64,000 nucleotides of DNA from an uncultured Pseudomonadota bacterium (GCA_902787305.1 CADAFS010000001.1:16980-80979); one strand, 5' to 3'; numbered from the stretch's first letter, positions 25,883 to 34,254 are shown. Numbers and translations: made by a program. Notes: generated by a model from the sequence alone, not told the origin.

Positions 25883-26134
25883 TTATTTATCAAAATCTAA
25901 ATCTTTAATTTTCTCGGCGCGGGGGGTGATTTTGCCGATGGATGTTTGTAATTGTTCTATGTCCGTTTGGGCAAGGTTAAAGTGTTGTGAAACTTTGCCC
26001 GCGCGGTCCGCAAGGCGCGAAAGGTCGGTTAGCAACATGTCGAGTTCGCGTTTAATTTGACCCGCAACACGTTTGATTTTTATGTCTGATAATACTGCGC
26101 GGATTGTGTTTAATGTTGCCCACAATGTCGCTGG
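25883..26134 (-). pseudogene. Duplicated 3' fragment of rmuC (last ~83 codons plus stop)
   Basis: 252 nt matching 32832-33083 with 9 mismatches by eye. It begins exactly at the stop codon and encodes ..LWATLNTIRAVLSDIKIKRVAGQIKRELDML...EKIKDLDFDK. Confidence 0.85.
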
Positions 26135-26498
26135 ATCGTATGTAGGTAATAGGCACAGAGATACCAGTTTATTAGGTCAAGATTTTATACCATATGAACT
26201 AAACGATGGTGGGTATGTTGTGTTCGAATTTGATGATTTGTCAGATATAACAGAATCGCAAATTGCAGATGGGGCTATGGAGGGTGCCTGTTACGTATTC
26301 GATGGTAGTTATTATTTGAACCCTGGATATTGCGCTGGTCTGGAAAATGAGAAATCTTGCGAATCTGTTGCAGAACTTGCTACAGAAGTTAGTGGTCAAG
26401 TTATACATTGGTCATGGAGTGAAAAAGAAGAACTTTTGTCGCCTTCTAGTGAACTGACACATACTATGAAAAGATGTGTGCTAACAGTAGTGGACTAA
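26135..26498 (+). pseudogene. 5'-truncated third copy of secreted family B
   Basis: Only the C-terminal half is present (NDGGYVVFEFDD...GACYVFDG...KSCESVAELATEVSGQVI), aligning with TDGGYYVVEFDG...ACWAYGK...ECDDMADFASLLTGNLVEGEI. The signal peptide and N-domain are replaced by the rmuC fragment. Confidence 0.6.
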
Positions 26499-26529
26499 AT
26501 ATGTTGAAAAAAGTATGATGAAAAATAAA

Positions 26530-26553
26530 ACACGGTTGCGATTGCAACCGTGT
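26530..26553. terminator. Hairpin terminator (second copy), bidirectional; it also serves nth on the minus strand
   Basis: Same stem as 25586-25609. On the minus strand it is followed by TTTTATTTTT. Confidence 0.65.
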
Positions 26554-26561
26554 TTACAAAA

Positions 26562-27209
26562 TTATTTATTACAATCGCAGAGTTTTGCAAGGGGACATGT
26601 TGCACATTTTGGGCGCAGGGCGGTACAGGTATATCGCCCAAACAGTACCATCACATGATTGGTTATCGCGTGATATTTTTTTGGAATTTTCTTTAACAGT
26701 TCAATTTCAACCTTTTCGGGCGTGTTTGCGGAATCCGGCACCCAACCATAACGGTGTGAAAGGCGGAAAACATGCGTATCAACCCCGATATTTGGCGCGT
26801 TCCACAAAACATTTGTGATAACATTTGCGGTCTTTTGCCCGATGCCCGGCAATTTTACAAGTTCCGCGCGGTCGTGATATTTCTGTGGGAAAACAAAATT
26901 ATCTTTGTTCGTTGGAATTTCTTTTAATCGTTCGGCCAATGCGATGATATTTTTTGCCTTGTTATTAAAAAATGAAATAACCCGGATATGTTTTTTCAAA
27001 CCGTCAATTCCCAATTCCAACATTTTTTGCGGTGTTGGGGCCACGCGGAATAGGGCGGGTGTGACCTCGTTCACCTTTTTATCGGTCGCCTGGGCCGACA
27101 AAATTACGGCAACCGCAAATGTAAATTCGTTTACCGAATACAATTCCGAACGAATATCCATATTCAGATTTTTTGGAACAATTTCGAAAAAATCCCGCGG
27201 TGTTATCAT
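26562..27209 (-). CDS. nth: Endonuclease III (DNA-(apurinic/apyrimidinic site) lyase)
   Basis: HhH-GPD motif LVKLPGIGQKTANVITNVLW and Fe-S cluster loop CTALRPKCATCPLAKLC. The ATG at 27209 was chosen because the track start at 27284 overlaps the upstream gene. Confidence 0.9.
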   Translation of the reverse strand: MITPRDFFEIVPKNLNMDIRSELYSVNEFTFAVAVILSAQATDKKVNEVTPALFRVAPTPQKMLELGIDGLKKHIRVISFFNNKAKNIIALAERLKEIPTNKDNFVFPQKYHDRAELVKLPGIGQKTANVITNVLWNAPNIGVDTHVFRLSHRYGWVPDSANTPEKVEIELLKKIPKKYHAITNHVMVLFGRYTCTALRPKCATCPLAKLCDCNK

Positions 27210-27210
27210 T

Positions 27211-27666
27211 TTATTCGGCGCAAATTTCCGCACATTTTTTATTACAATTTGTTTCGGTTGCATCCGGTTCAGACGAATATTCATACACCATCTTTTTTTC
27301 GAATCTTTCGCCGCCTGTTTCGCACACGCATGTTATTTCATTTGTAGCATGGTAACGATCAACCGATTGCCCGTCGTCCAAATCACGCGCCCAAATCTTT
27401 GATTTGAAACGCGAAGAACAACCGGTAAAATTGCCGTGCACGATTTCATCGTTTTTCTTTTCTTCGGTCGCATTATCATCAGATGGGACATCGATAAAGA
27501 AATCTTCCGAATCCACCCGTTCATTTGATTCGTCTGATTCGGAAAATTCCACCGGTTCGACATCATAAGAAATTTCTATGTCAACCGGCATACGAAAACA
27601 CAACCACATCGCACACAGAAACGTTATAACAACACAACCATAAAACAAAAATTTATTTTCTTTCAT
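27211..27666 (-). CDS. Hypothetical membrane-anchored acidic protein with Cys-containing C-terminus
   Basis: 151 aa. TM segment FLFYGCVVITFLCAMWLCF, an acidic linker, and C-terminus CVCETGG...NCNKKCAEICAE. It is packed between ileS and nth. Confidence 0.55.
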   Translation of the reverse strand: MKENKFLFYGCVVITFLCAMWLCFRMPVDIEISYDVEPVEFSESDESNERVDSEDFFIDVPSDDNATEEKKNDEIVHGNFTGCSSRFKSKIWARDLDDGQSVDRYHATNEITCVCETGGERFEKKMVYEYSSEPDATETNCNKKCAEICAE

Positions 27667-27669
27667 TTT

Positions 27670-30600
27670 TTAAGCCTTTTGTATAGAGATTCCAAAGTTA
27701 TACCCTTCGATTTCCGTAAAGTGTTCGGCCGAACCCGGCGACATTTCACGGACAAGCGCGTTCGACATTATCATCTTTTTATGCTGTTCCAACGCACCGG
27801 ACAACGCCAAATCCGCCGTATAGGTAAGATTTATTCGGTCGGACACATCCAAACCCAACGCTTTGCGCGTGTCTTGGATAAAGCGCAACGCGTCGTTCGC
27901 CAAACCTTCGGCAATCAATTCGGAATTTAATTCAGCGTCCAAAATGACAACCGCGGTATTATCCGGCAACGGCATACCCGTCACACCATCGCGGATATTC
28001 AGACGGTTTTCGAATTCATCCGCGTTCAGTGTATAATCGCCGACAACCAACTTATCGCCCGACAATTCGTAGTCACCCCGTTTCACGGCCGGTGCAATTT
28101 CGCGCAACGCACCGCCCAAACGCGCACCGATTTTCGGCGTGATCAAATATATGAAACTGTCCGCGACCTTTGCCGTGTTATCGACCCATTCAACAGATTT
28201 TACATTTAATTCATCGCGAATGATATTCGTATATTCGGTCATAGGTGTGCCGCCCGCAACCGTCAATTTGTTCAGTGGTAAACGATTACGCAATTTGTAT
28301 TGTTCACGCAATTGCTTTCCAACAGACACGATTTCTTGGACACGGCGCATATCGGCGACGATTTTTTCGTCCCCCGCGTTTGCCACCGGCCAATCGGTCA
28401 AATGCACCGATTCCGCACCAGTTAAATTTTTATAGATGTATTCGGATACGAACGGCGCAAGCGGTGCCAAACAGCGGCATACGGTACAAAGCACCGTATA
28501 GAGCGTATTGAACGCGGTTGTGTCTTCATCCCAAAAACGCGTGCGCGAACGACGGATATACCAATTGTTTAGGATGTCCAAGAATCGCACAAATTCTTTG
28601 ACCGCCGTGTCCGGTTTATATTCGTTTAGTGCATTGCCAACCGTATCAACCAAAACGCCTGTTTCCGACAAAATATATTTATCCAAAACATTTCGTGCAT
28701 TTGTCCCCGATACATCGTGTGCCGTCATGTTTCCGGCATTCGCATATAATGTAAAGAAATGATATGCGTTCCAAAGCGGGGTTAAAATCGTCTTTATCGG
28801 TTCGGCAAAAACCTTGCCTTCTTTATCAACGGGAACAGGTTCGGCCTTCATAAAATTACTGCCCAAGATATAAAGTCTAACCGCATCCGCACCATATGCT
28901 TCGAATTGTTCCGATGGGTCAACAAAGTTATGAAGCGATTTTGAAAACTTTCTTTTGTTTTCATCAACAACCATACCATTTGCCGAAACAACACGGAAAG
29001 CCGGTTTATCAAACAGCGCGACCGCTATTACCATTAGAGAATAAAACCAACCACGTGTTTGGTCTTGACCTTCGATGATATAATCCGCCGGGAAAGTTTT
29101 TTCAAATGTATCTTTGTTTTCAAACGGATAGTGCAGGGCCGCAAACGGCATTGAACCCGATTCAAACCAGCAATCCAAAACATCGGGTATGCGTTTCCAA
29201 CCGTCACGCGTTAGTGCATCCAATGTCGGACGATGCAAATCGTCAATCTTTACACCAAAGAATTCTTCGAGTTCCGCAATTGAACCAAAGATTTTATATT
29301 CACCGTCGCGTTCCCAGATTGGTAATGGCACCCCCCAGAAACGGTTGCGCGAAATTCCCCACGGACGCGCGTTTTCAATCCAGGACAAAAATCTATTGCC
29401 CGCCGATGTCCATGTTGTGTCGTTTTTGGTTATTTCAACAAGGCGCTCGCGAATTTTCGGAACATCGATATACCATGCGTCCGTCGCGCGATAGATAAGT
29501 TTTTCCTTGCTGCGTGGGCCGAACGGATAACTGTGCCGGTGCTGATCTTTTTTAACCAAGATTCCATTTGCCCGCAACCAATCAATAATCTTTGGATTGG
29601 CAACAAATATGTTTTCGCCCGCCCATTCGGTGACCGTGTTATCAAAGTTGCCGTAATCGTCAACATTTAATATAACCGGGAATTGCGGGTCAATAGCCTT
29701 GGCCACGATATAGTCGTCTTCACCATACGCCGGCGCGATATGAACGATACCGGTTCCGTCACTGTCCGACACGTAATCGCCGGAAATCACCGTATACAGG
29801 CCGTGCCCATCCTTTGCCAAATCGGTATAATATGGGAAAATCGGTTTATAATGTAATCCAACAAGGTCGGCCCCCATAACCGTCCCCAGGTTTTCGGAGT
29901 TTGCAAAAATCTTGTCATATGCCGAAAGTCGCGATTCCGCCAGAACATAAACATGGCCGTCATCATGACGCATACGAACATATTTCATATTGTTATTCAC
30001 CGCCAATGCCGAATTTGCCGGCAACGTCCATGGTGTTGTTGTCCATGCAATCGCACGGTCGCCATTTGACAGTTCAAACCAAACCGTCACGGTATCGTCA
30101 ACGATATCTTGGTATTCGCTTGACGCTTCGGAATTAGAAAGCACCGTTCCCAATTTCCAATCAAACGGGTTCACTTTGAAATCTTTATAGAGCAACCCAC
30201 GTTCATACATTTGTTTTAATGCCCAAATCACAGATTCCATATAGTTTTTATCCATTGTGCGATAACCATATTCATCGCCACCATCAACCCAACGACCAAC
30301 GCGTTCAATGAAACGCAACCATTCGTTGGTATATGTTGTCACATCGGAACGGCATAAATCACAGAAATGCGCCATACCGTCAGAACCAACAATATCCTTG
30401 GCGGTGCGGCCTTGTTTTTTTTCAACAGATGCCTCCGCCGGCAGGCCATGACAATCCCACCCAAGAACCCGGTCAACATACCGACCGTGCATAGTTTGAA
30501 AGCGTGCAACCATATCTTTGACCGCCGACACCCCAAGGTGCCCCCAATGTGGCAATCCATTTCCAAACGGTGGCCCATCGTAAAATGTGAATGGATGCCC

Positions 30601-30714
30601 AAGTTTCGTTTTGTTCAAACTTTTGTGGAAAGTATCGTCCCCGCGCCAAAACTCTATTATTTCATGTTCCAGTTTCGGAAAATCGGCCTTTGGTTCGGTC
30701 TTTGGATATGCCAT
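27670..30714 (-). CDS. ileS: Isoleucine--tRNA ligase (long, type-2-like form)
   Basis: 1014 aa. HIGH-type motif PHWGHLG, KMSKS-type KFSKSLHN, and a CP1 editing domain. Confidence 0.95.
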   Translation of the reverse strand: MAYPKTEPKADFPKLEHEIIEFWRGDDTFHKSLNKTKLGHPFTFYDGPPFGNGLPHWGHLGVSAVKDMVARFQTMHGRYVDRVLGWDCHGLPAEASVEKKQGRTAKDIVGSDGMAHFCDLCRSDVTTYTNEWLRFIERVGRWVDGGDEYGYRTMDKNYMESVIWALKQMYERGLLYKDFKVNPFDWKLGTVLSNSEASSEYQDIVDDTVTVWFELSNGDRAIAWTTTPWTLPANSALAVNNNMKYVRMRHDDGHVYVLAESRLSAYDKIFANSENLGTVMGADLVGLHYKPIFPYYTDLAKDGHGLYTVISGDYVSDSDGTGIVHIAPAYGEDDYIVAKAIDPQFPVILNVDDYGNFDNTVTEWAGENIFVANPKIIDWLRANGILVKKDQHRHSYPFGPRSKEKLIYRATDAWYIDVPKIRERLVEITKNDTTWTSAGNRFLSWIENARPWGISRNRFWGVPLPIWERDGEYKIFGSIAELEEFFGVKIDDLHRPTLDALTRDGWKRIPDVLDCWFESGSMPFAALHYPFENKDTFEKTFPADYIIEGQDQTRGWFYSLMVIAVALFDKPAFRVVSANGMVVDENKRKFSKSLHNFVDPSEQFEAYGADAVRLYILGSNFMKAEPVPVDKEGKVFAEPIKTILTPLWNAYHFFTLYANAGNMTAHDVSGTNARNVLDKYILSETGVLVDTVGNALNEYKPDTAVKEFVRFLDILNNWYIRRSRTRFWDEDTTAFNTLYTVLCTVCRCLAPLAPFVSEYIYKNLTGAESVHLTDWPVANAGDEKIVADMRRVQEIVSVGKQLREQYKLRNRLPLNKLTVAGGTPMTEYTNIIRDELNVKSVEWVDNTAKVADSFIYLITPKIGARLGGALREIAPAVKRGDYELSGDKLVVGDYTLNADEFENRLNIRDGVTGMPLPDNTAVVILDAELNSELIAEGLANDALRFIQDTRKALGLDVSDRINLTYTADLALSGALEQHKKMIMSNALVREMSPGSAEHFTEIEGYNFGISIQKA

Positions 30715-30742
30715 TTTTTACTCCATTATTTGCAATTATCAT

Positions 30743-30768
30743 AAAAAAACGGGCGCATCTGCGCCCGG
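30743..30768 (-). terminator. Intrinsic terminator inside the ileS 5' leader (candidate attenuator)
   Basis: On the minus strand: CGGGCGC-AGAT-GCGCCCG followed by TTTTTTT, ending 29 nt upstream of the ileS ATG. No upstream minus-strand gene is available for it to terminate. Confidence 0.65.
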
Positions 30769-30793
30769 GCCATCGCCAAAGCGCAAGGCCAGA

Positions 30794-30829
30794 TTATCTT
30801 ATAATAATGATTGTTTTTTTGTTCATCAT
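30794..30829 (-). CDS. Candidate Ile-rich leader peptide MMNKKTIIIIR
   Basis: ATG ATG AAC AAA AAA ACA ATC ATT ATT ATA AGA TAA. Four consecutive Ile codons lie 25 nt upstream of the terminator stem. A TATAAT sits at 30842-30847 (minus strand). Confidence 0.5.
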   Translation of the reverse strand: MMNKKTIIIIR

Positions 30830-30921
30830 GCGCAGTAGTCTATTATACAAAATACAATATTTCAAGTATTTTTTGACAAACCGTATATTTAATATAAAAT
30901 CAACAAAAAAAGGATTTAAGC

Positions 30922-31551
30922 ATGAAAGACGAAAATTTTGAAAATCTTGCGTATTTTATGGGTCGGTTGTTAAAGCCGTTTGTTGCGATTTGGGCGCCCG
31001 TCTATGCACTACAAAAAGTACGATGCGAAATTGCCGACCCACAAAAAATAGACGAACCACTTGAACTTGGCAAAAGCATAAGAAAACATACCAATGCTTT
31101 TATGAAAAACAAAGTGCATGCGTTGCCTGATTATTTTTTTAATCGGGCCTGGACATACAACGAATGGCGCAAACAAAAATATGACAATTCGTATACCGTG
31201 CCTATTAATGTGCAACCTGAAATTGATGAAAAACAAATTGGCGACATTGTTGCAAAGTTAGAGTTTGCTCCTGTGCTTCATGTTTCTTATTTTGAAAAAA
31301 CAGAACATCAACCACGGGTGCCGTCATTGTGTAATTTTGGGGACTATGTTATTCAATTTTCATCGGCCGGAACCGAATGGTGTGGTGGTATGCGCGGGAA
31401 TGGATATATCTCAAAAAAAATGCCGGACAGAACACGGGAACCAATTTGCACAATTTCACCAGACCTTTCTGATTATTTGGCGGAAGTTGCACATGTACAG
31501 TATGAATTGATGAAAACGAAAGATAGGTTATCAATGTTTTGTGCGCGATAA
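30922..31551 (+). CDS. Hypothetical protein (209 aa)
   Basis: RBS AAAGGA. No recognised motif. Confidence 0.55.
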   Translation: MKDENFENLAYFMGRLLKPFVAIWAPVYALQKVRCEIADPQKIDEPLELGKSIRKHTNAFMKNKVHALPDYFFNRAWTYNEWRKQKYDNSYTVPINVQPEIDEKQIGDIVAKLEFAPVLHVSYFEKTEHQPRVPSLCNFGDYVIQFSSAGTEWCGGMRGNGYISKKMPDRTREPICTISPDLSDYLAEVAHVQYELMKTKDRLSMFCAR

Positions 31552-31553
31552 CA

Positions 31554-31740
31554 ATTTGCTACAGCCCGCCTTCGCCGATAAGTGTGAAGTTTTTTTCTTT
31601 GGTTGCGACCAATGCTACGGCGAGGCACTCAAAAATTTTAATCGCGCACTTTATTGTGCGCGATAACAGATAATATCTGGAATTTCTGTCCGTCTTCGTG
31701 CGTTTCACGCACTCCGCCGTGACACTCAATTTTCTTAACT
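31554..31740. repeat. Palindromic repeat cluster, with 15-bp direct repeats at 31539-31553 and 31654-31668
   Basis: TTGTGCGCGATAACA occurs twice. Hairpins: GCCTTCGCCG..CGGCGAGGC, ATCGCGCAC-N6-GTGCGCGAT, GTGCG-TTTCA-CGCAC. An ATCTGGAAT motif lies at 31674-31682. Confidence 0.55.
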
Positions 31741-31768
31741 AAAAATCCCGCAAAATGCGAGATTTTTA
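31741..31768 (-). terminator. Intrinsic terminator downstream of tRNA-Thr
   Basis: Minus strand: ATCTCGC-ATTTT-GCGGGAT followed by TTTTT. Confidence 0.6.
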
Positions 31769-31782
31769 CTAACGAAAATTGG

Positions 31783-31858
31783 TGGTGCCGGTGATAAGAC
31801 TCGAACTTACGACCCCCTCATTACGAATGAGATGCTCTACCAACTGAGCTACACCGGC
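31783..31858 (-). tRNA. tRNA-Thr (anticodon CGU), CCA encoded
   Basis: GCCGGTG-TA-GCTC-AGTTGGTA-GAGC-A-TCTCA-TTCGTAA-TGAGG-GGGTC-GTAAG-TTCGAGT-CTTAT-CACCGGC-A-CCA (hand fold). Confidence 0.9.
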
Positions 31859-31982
31859 GTTCCGTGACACATACTTTACAGAACAATATATCCTTTTTCA
31901 AGTATTTTCCGCGTTATTTTTTTTCGACCATATTGTATTGTTGCTGTGGGTATGTTTCCCGGCTTTTTTACAATTTTTTTAC

Positions 31983-32003
31983 AAAAAAGCCGGCGATGCC
32001 GGC
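31983..32003 (-). terminator. Intrinsic terminator after the VirB2-like / micro-ORF unit
   Basis: GCCGGC-ATC-GCCGGC followed on the minus strand by TTTTTTG. It is nested in a longer AT-rich inverted repeat. Confidence 0.55.
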
Positions 32004-32042
32004 CTAAATGATAAAAATGTTTAAAAATGCCGGAAAATTTTT

Positions 32043-32120
32043 TTACAACGCCAACATATACCCACACACCAATATCCCAAGTGTCACAAGAACGTAAACA
32101 ATTTTATCTTTGGTTGTCAT
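32043..32120 (-). CDS. Candidate 25-aa hydrophobic micro-protein MTTKDKIVYVLVTLGILVCGYMLAL
   Basis: Below the ORF-track length cut-off. It lies 27 nt downstream of the VirB2-like gene, has a single TM-like segment, and precedes the terminator. Confidence 0.3.
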   Translation of the reverse strand: MTTKDKIVYVLVTLGILVCGYMLAL

Positions 32121-32147
32121 TTTTGATAACATTATTTCCACCTTTGG

Positions 32148-32528
32148 TTACCATGTTTTTAATTCGTTTGCACACTCAACAATTCTTCCGCTAAGCAGTG
32201 CAGAAAGCACAATACCGATTGAAAATAGCAACACAAATCCAATTATCATCGGCACACCAACGGTTTTGACTCCTTCGACCATATTGTCTTTGCTGTTGAT
32301 TTTACCGGTGGTGATGGCTTCCCATGCATATTTTGCAAGGATAAATCCAGCCCCCACGAACGCCAACGTTCGCAATGTTCCAAACACACCTTTTAGTTTT
32401 GTGATAAGGTCGCACAAACCACTGTCCGTCCCAATGGCGGCAAATGTCGGTGATGACATCATGAACACCGCCACAGATGTTTGTATGCGTAGCAACGCAG
32501 TTTTTGTTTTGTTCATCATTTTCTCCAT
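32148..32528 (-). CDS. TrbC/VirB2-family type IV secretion pilin-like protein
   Basis: Long signal peptide (..MMSSPTFA/A), then two hydrophobic helices separated by a polar loop (LRTLAFVGAGFILAKYAW ... VGVPMIIGFVLLFSIGIVLSALL), the classical VirB2 layout. Starts at 32519 or 32516 are also possible, with the SD GGAG at 32523-32526. Confidence 0.5.
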   Translation of the reverse strand: MEKMMNKTKTALLRIQTSVAVFMMSSPTFAAIGTDSGLCDLITKLKGVFGTLRTLAFVGAGFILAKYAWEAITTGKINSKDNMVEGVKTVGVPMIIGFVLLFSIGIVLSALLSGRIVECANELKTW

Positions 32529-32712
32529 TTTCGTTGTGTTAAACGGAACCGCACATTTACTATGCGGTTGGAGGTTGATGACAATACTCAGGAATTGTGT
32601 CGCTATTCAATATATTCGCGACCCTCCAACCACAGGTTGGAGTTTTTCGTCCGTTTTATGGACGCCTGAATATGGGTCATCACACCCAATTCCGATACAC
32701 CCGTATCAGAAC
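32529..32712 (-). promoter_or_regulatory. Long structured 5' leader of the VirB2-like gene
   Basis: About 184 nt between the predicted promoter and the ATG. Outer pairings TGATGAC/GTCATCA and TCAGG/CCTGA enclose three hairpins. CTCCAACC occurs twice and can pair either with GGTTGGAG or with the SD GGAG. Confidence 0.4.
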
Positions 32713-32718
32713 GTTTCA

Positions 32719-32747
32719 ATTATAACAGCAAACCGTGAATTTTGCAA
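32719..32747 (-). promoter_or_regulatory. Sigma70 consensus-like promoter of the VirB2-like gene
   Basis: TTGCAA-N17-TATAAT on the minus strand. Confidence 0.6.
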
Positions 32748-32831
32748 TTTTAAAAAAACAAGAAAAATTTTGTCGTTTTTTTATTGAATCGAATCCTGTC
32801 AGCACAAAGTGGTGCCGCGGCAGGTAAAGAT

Positions 32832-33083
32832 TTATTTATCAAAATCCAGTTCTTTAATCTTTTCTGCGCGGGGGGTGATTTTGCCGATGGATGTTTGTAA
32901 TTGTTCTATGTCCGTTTGGGCAAGGTTAAAGTGTTGTGAAACTTTGCCCGCGCGGTCGGCAAGGCGCGAAAGGTCGGTTAGCAACATGTCGAGTTCGCGT
33001 TTAATTTGACCCGCAACACGTTTGATTTTTATGTCTGATAATACCGCGCGGATTGTGTTTAATGTTGCCCACAATGTCGCCGG
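32832..33083. repeat. Master copy of the 252-bp direct repeat (rmuC 3' end)
   Basis: Matches 25883-26134 in the same orientation, 6.95 kb away. Confidence 0.85.
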
Positions 33084-33710
33084 TGAAACGATAAATACTT
33101 TTCTGCGTGCGGCATATTCTATGGTACCCGGGAATTCGCGGTGTAATGTTTCAAATATGGATTCAGATGCTATGAACATCATTGCAACCTCGGCCGTTTT
33201 GCCGGGGATAATGTATTTTTCCGCAATTGCATCGATGTGTTTGCGGACGTCCAATTCGAATTGTTTGCGATACGGTTCCGGGTTTTCGCCGTTCATCATA
33301 TGATTGTATGATTCCAATGGAAATTTACTGTCGATAATCATGTCGCCCGGCGGATAGGGCAGGCGGATTATGCAATCGGGCCGTACGCCCGTATCCAATA
33401 CACTTTGAAATGCGTATGTTTCGGGTGGCATGATGTCGGCGATTAAATCCGCAAGTTGCCGTTCGCCGAATGTGCCGCGCGCCTGTTTATTGCCCATAAG
33501 GATATTTTTGAAATTCGCGATATCCGAACTGATGTTTTTAAGTTCAATCGCATTTTGCGACAGTGCGCCAAGCCGTTCAGAAAGCCGTTCGCGCAGGCGG
33601 GCGTTGTCTTCGCGCAGTGCCGACATATCCGTTGTTGCCGGCCGCATAAGCAGCGCGCCCAGCATGATGATTATAACCGTGCACATCGCAATCAAAATAT
33701 AAGTTGTCAT
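32832..33710 (-). CDS. rmuC: DNA recombination protein RmuC
   Basis: N-terminal TM segment (MTTYILIAMCTVIIIMLGALL), a coiled coil, and a RmuC nuclease-like core (GERQLADLIADIMP...RPDCIIRLP...IIDSKFPLESY). The track start at 33959 overlaps def and is rejected. Confidence 0.85.
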   Translation of the reverse strand: MTTYILIAMCTVIIIMLGALLMRPATTDMSALREDNARLRERLSERLGALSQNAIELKNISSDIANFKNILMGNKQARGTFGERQLADLIADIMPPETYAFQSVLDTGVRPDCIIRLPYPPGDMIIDSKFPLESYNHMMNGENPEPYRKQFELDVRKHIDAIAEKYIIPGKTAEVAMMFIASESIFETLHREFPGTIEYAARRKVFIVSPATLWATLNTIRAVLSDIKIKRVAGQIKRELDMLLTDLSRLADRAGKVSQHFNLAQTDIEQLQTSIGKITPRAEKIKELDFDK

Positions 33711-33753
33711 TTGGAAATCCTTTGCTATCATTTTATTATAAAAGGATTTATGT

Positions 33754-34254
33754 ATGTTGCAAATGAAACTTTGTGGCGATTTGGTGTTGCGGGAAAAATG
33801 TGCGCCCGTGGATGCCATAACGCCGGAAATTTTGCAGAATATGGACGAAATGGTGAAAATGATGTCCGAACAAAATGGGGTTGGCCTTGCCGCACCCCAG
33901 GTTGGTGTGTTGCAACGGTTCTTGGTTATGATGAATCCCGACACAAATGAAGTTTTCAAAATGATAAATCCGGTGATTTTGTCACGCAGTGATGAAACTG
34001 TCGTTATGGAGGAAGGTTGTCTTTCTGTGCTGGGGCCCGATGGGTTGCCGGTCTATGCCAATGTGACACGGCCGGCGGTCGTCACGGTCGAATGGACGGA
34101 TGTGGACGGAAATCGGCGCGCGGCGGAAATGTCCGGGTTGCCCGCGCGGATTGTGCAACATGAAACCGACCATTTGGACGGGATTTTATTTATTGACTAT
34201 CTGTCGCCGGTAAAGCGGGAAATGGTTATGCGCAAGGTAAGGCGGCGGAAATGA
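33754..34254 (+). CDS. def: Peptide deformylase
   Basis: Motifs GVGLAAPQVG, EGCLS, HETDHLDG. Confidence 0.95.
   Translation: MLQMKLCGDLVLREKCAPVDAITPEILQNMDEMVKMMSEQNGVGLAAPQVGVLQRFLVMMNPDTNEVFKMINPVILSRSDETVVMEEGCLSVLGPDGLPVYANVTRPAVVTVEWTDVDGNRRAAEMSGLPARIVQHETDHLDGILFIDYLSPVKREMVMRKVRRRK

Noticed and set aside
30848-30880. A full -35/-10 promoter for the ileS leader
   Set aside because: Only the TATAAT (30842-30847) is convincing. TTGAAA is 12 nt upstream and TTGTCA is 26 nt upstream, both at the wrong spacing, so the transcription start is left undefined.
32110-32787. 225-aa plus-strand ORF across the VirB2-like gene and its leader
   Set aside because: It is antisense to a gene with a consensus promoter, SD and a coherent pilin-like product, and its translation has no features of its own.
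33711-33959. 83-codon upstream extension of rmuC
   Set aside because: It overlaps def on the opposite strand. The TM-helix start MTTYILIAM at 33710 fits RmuC architecture.
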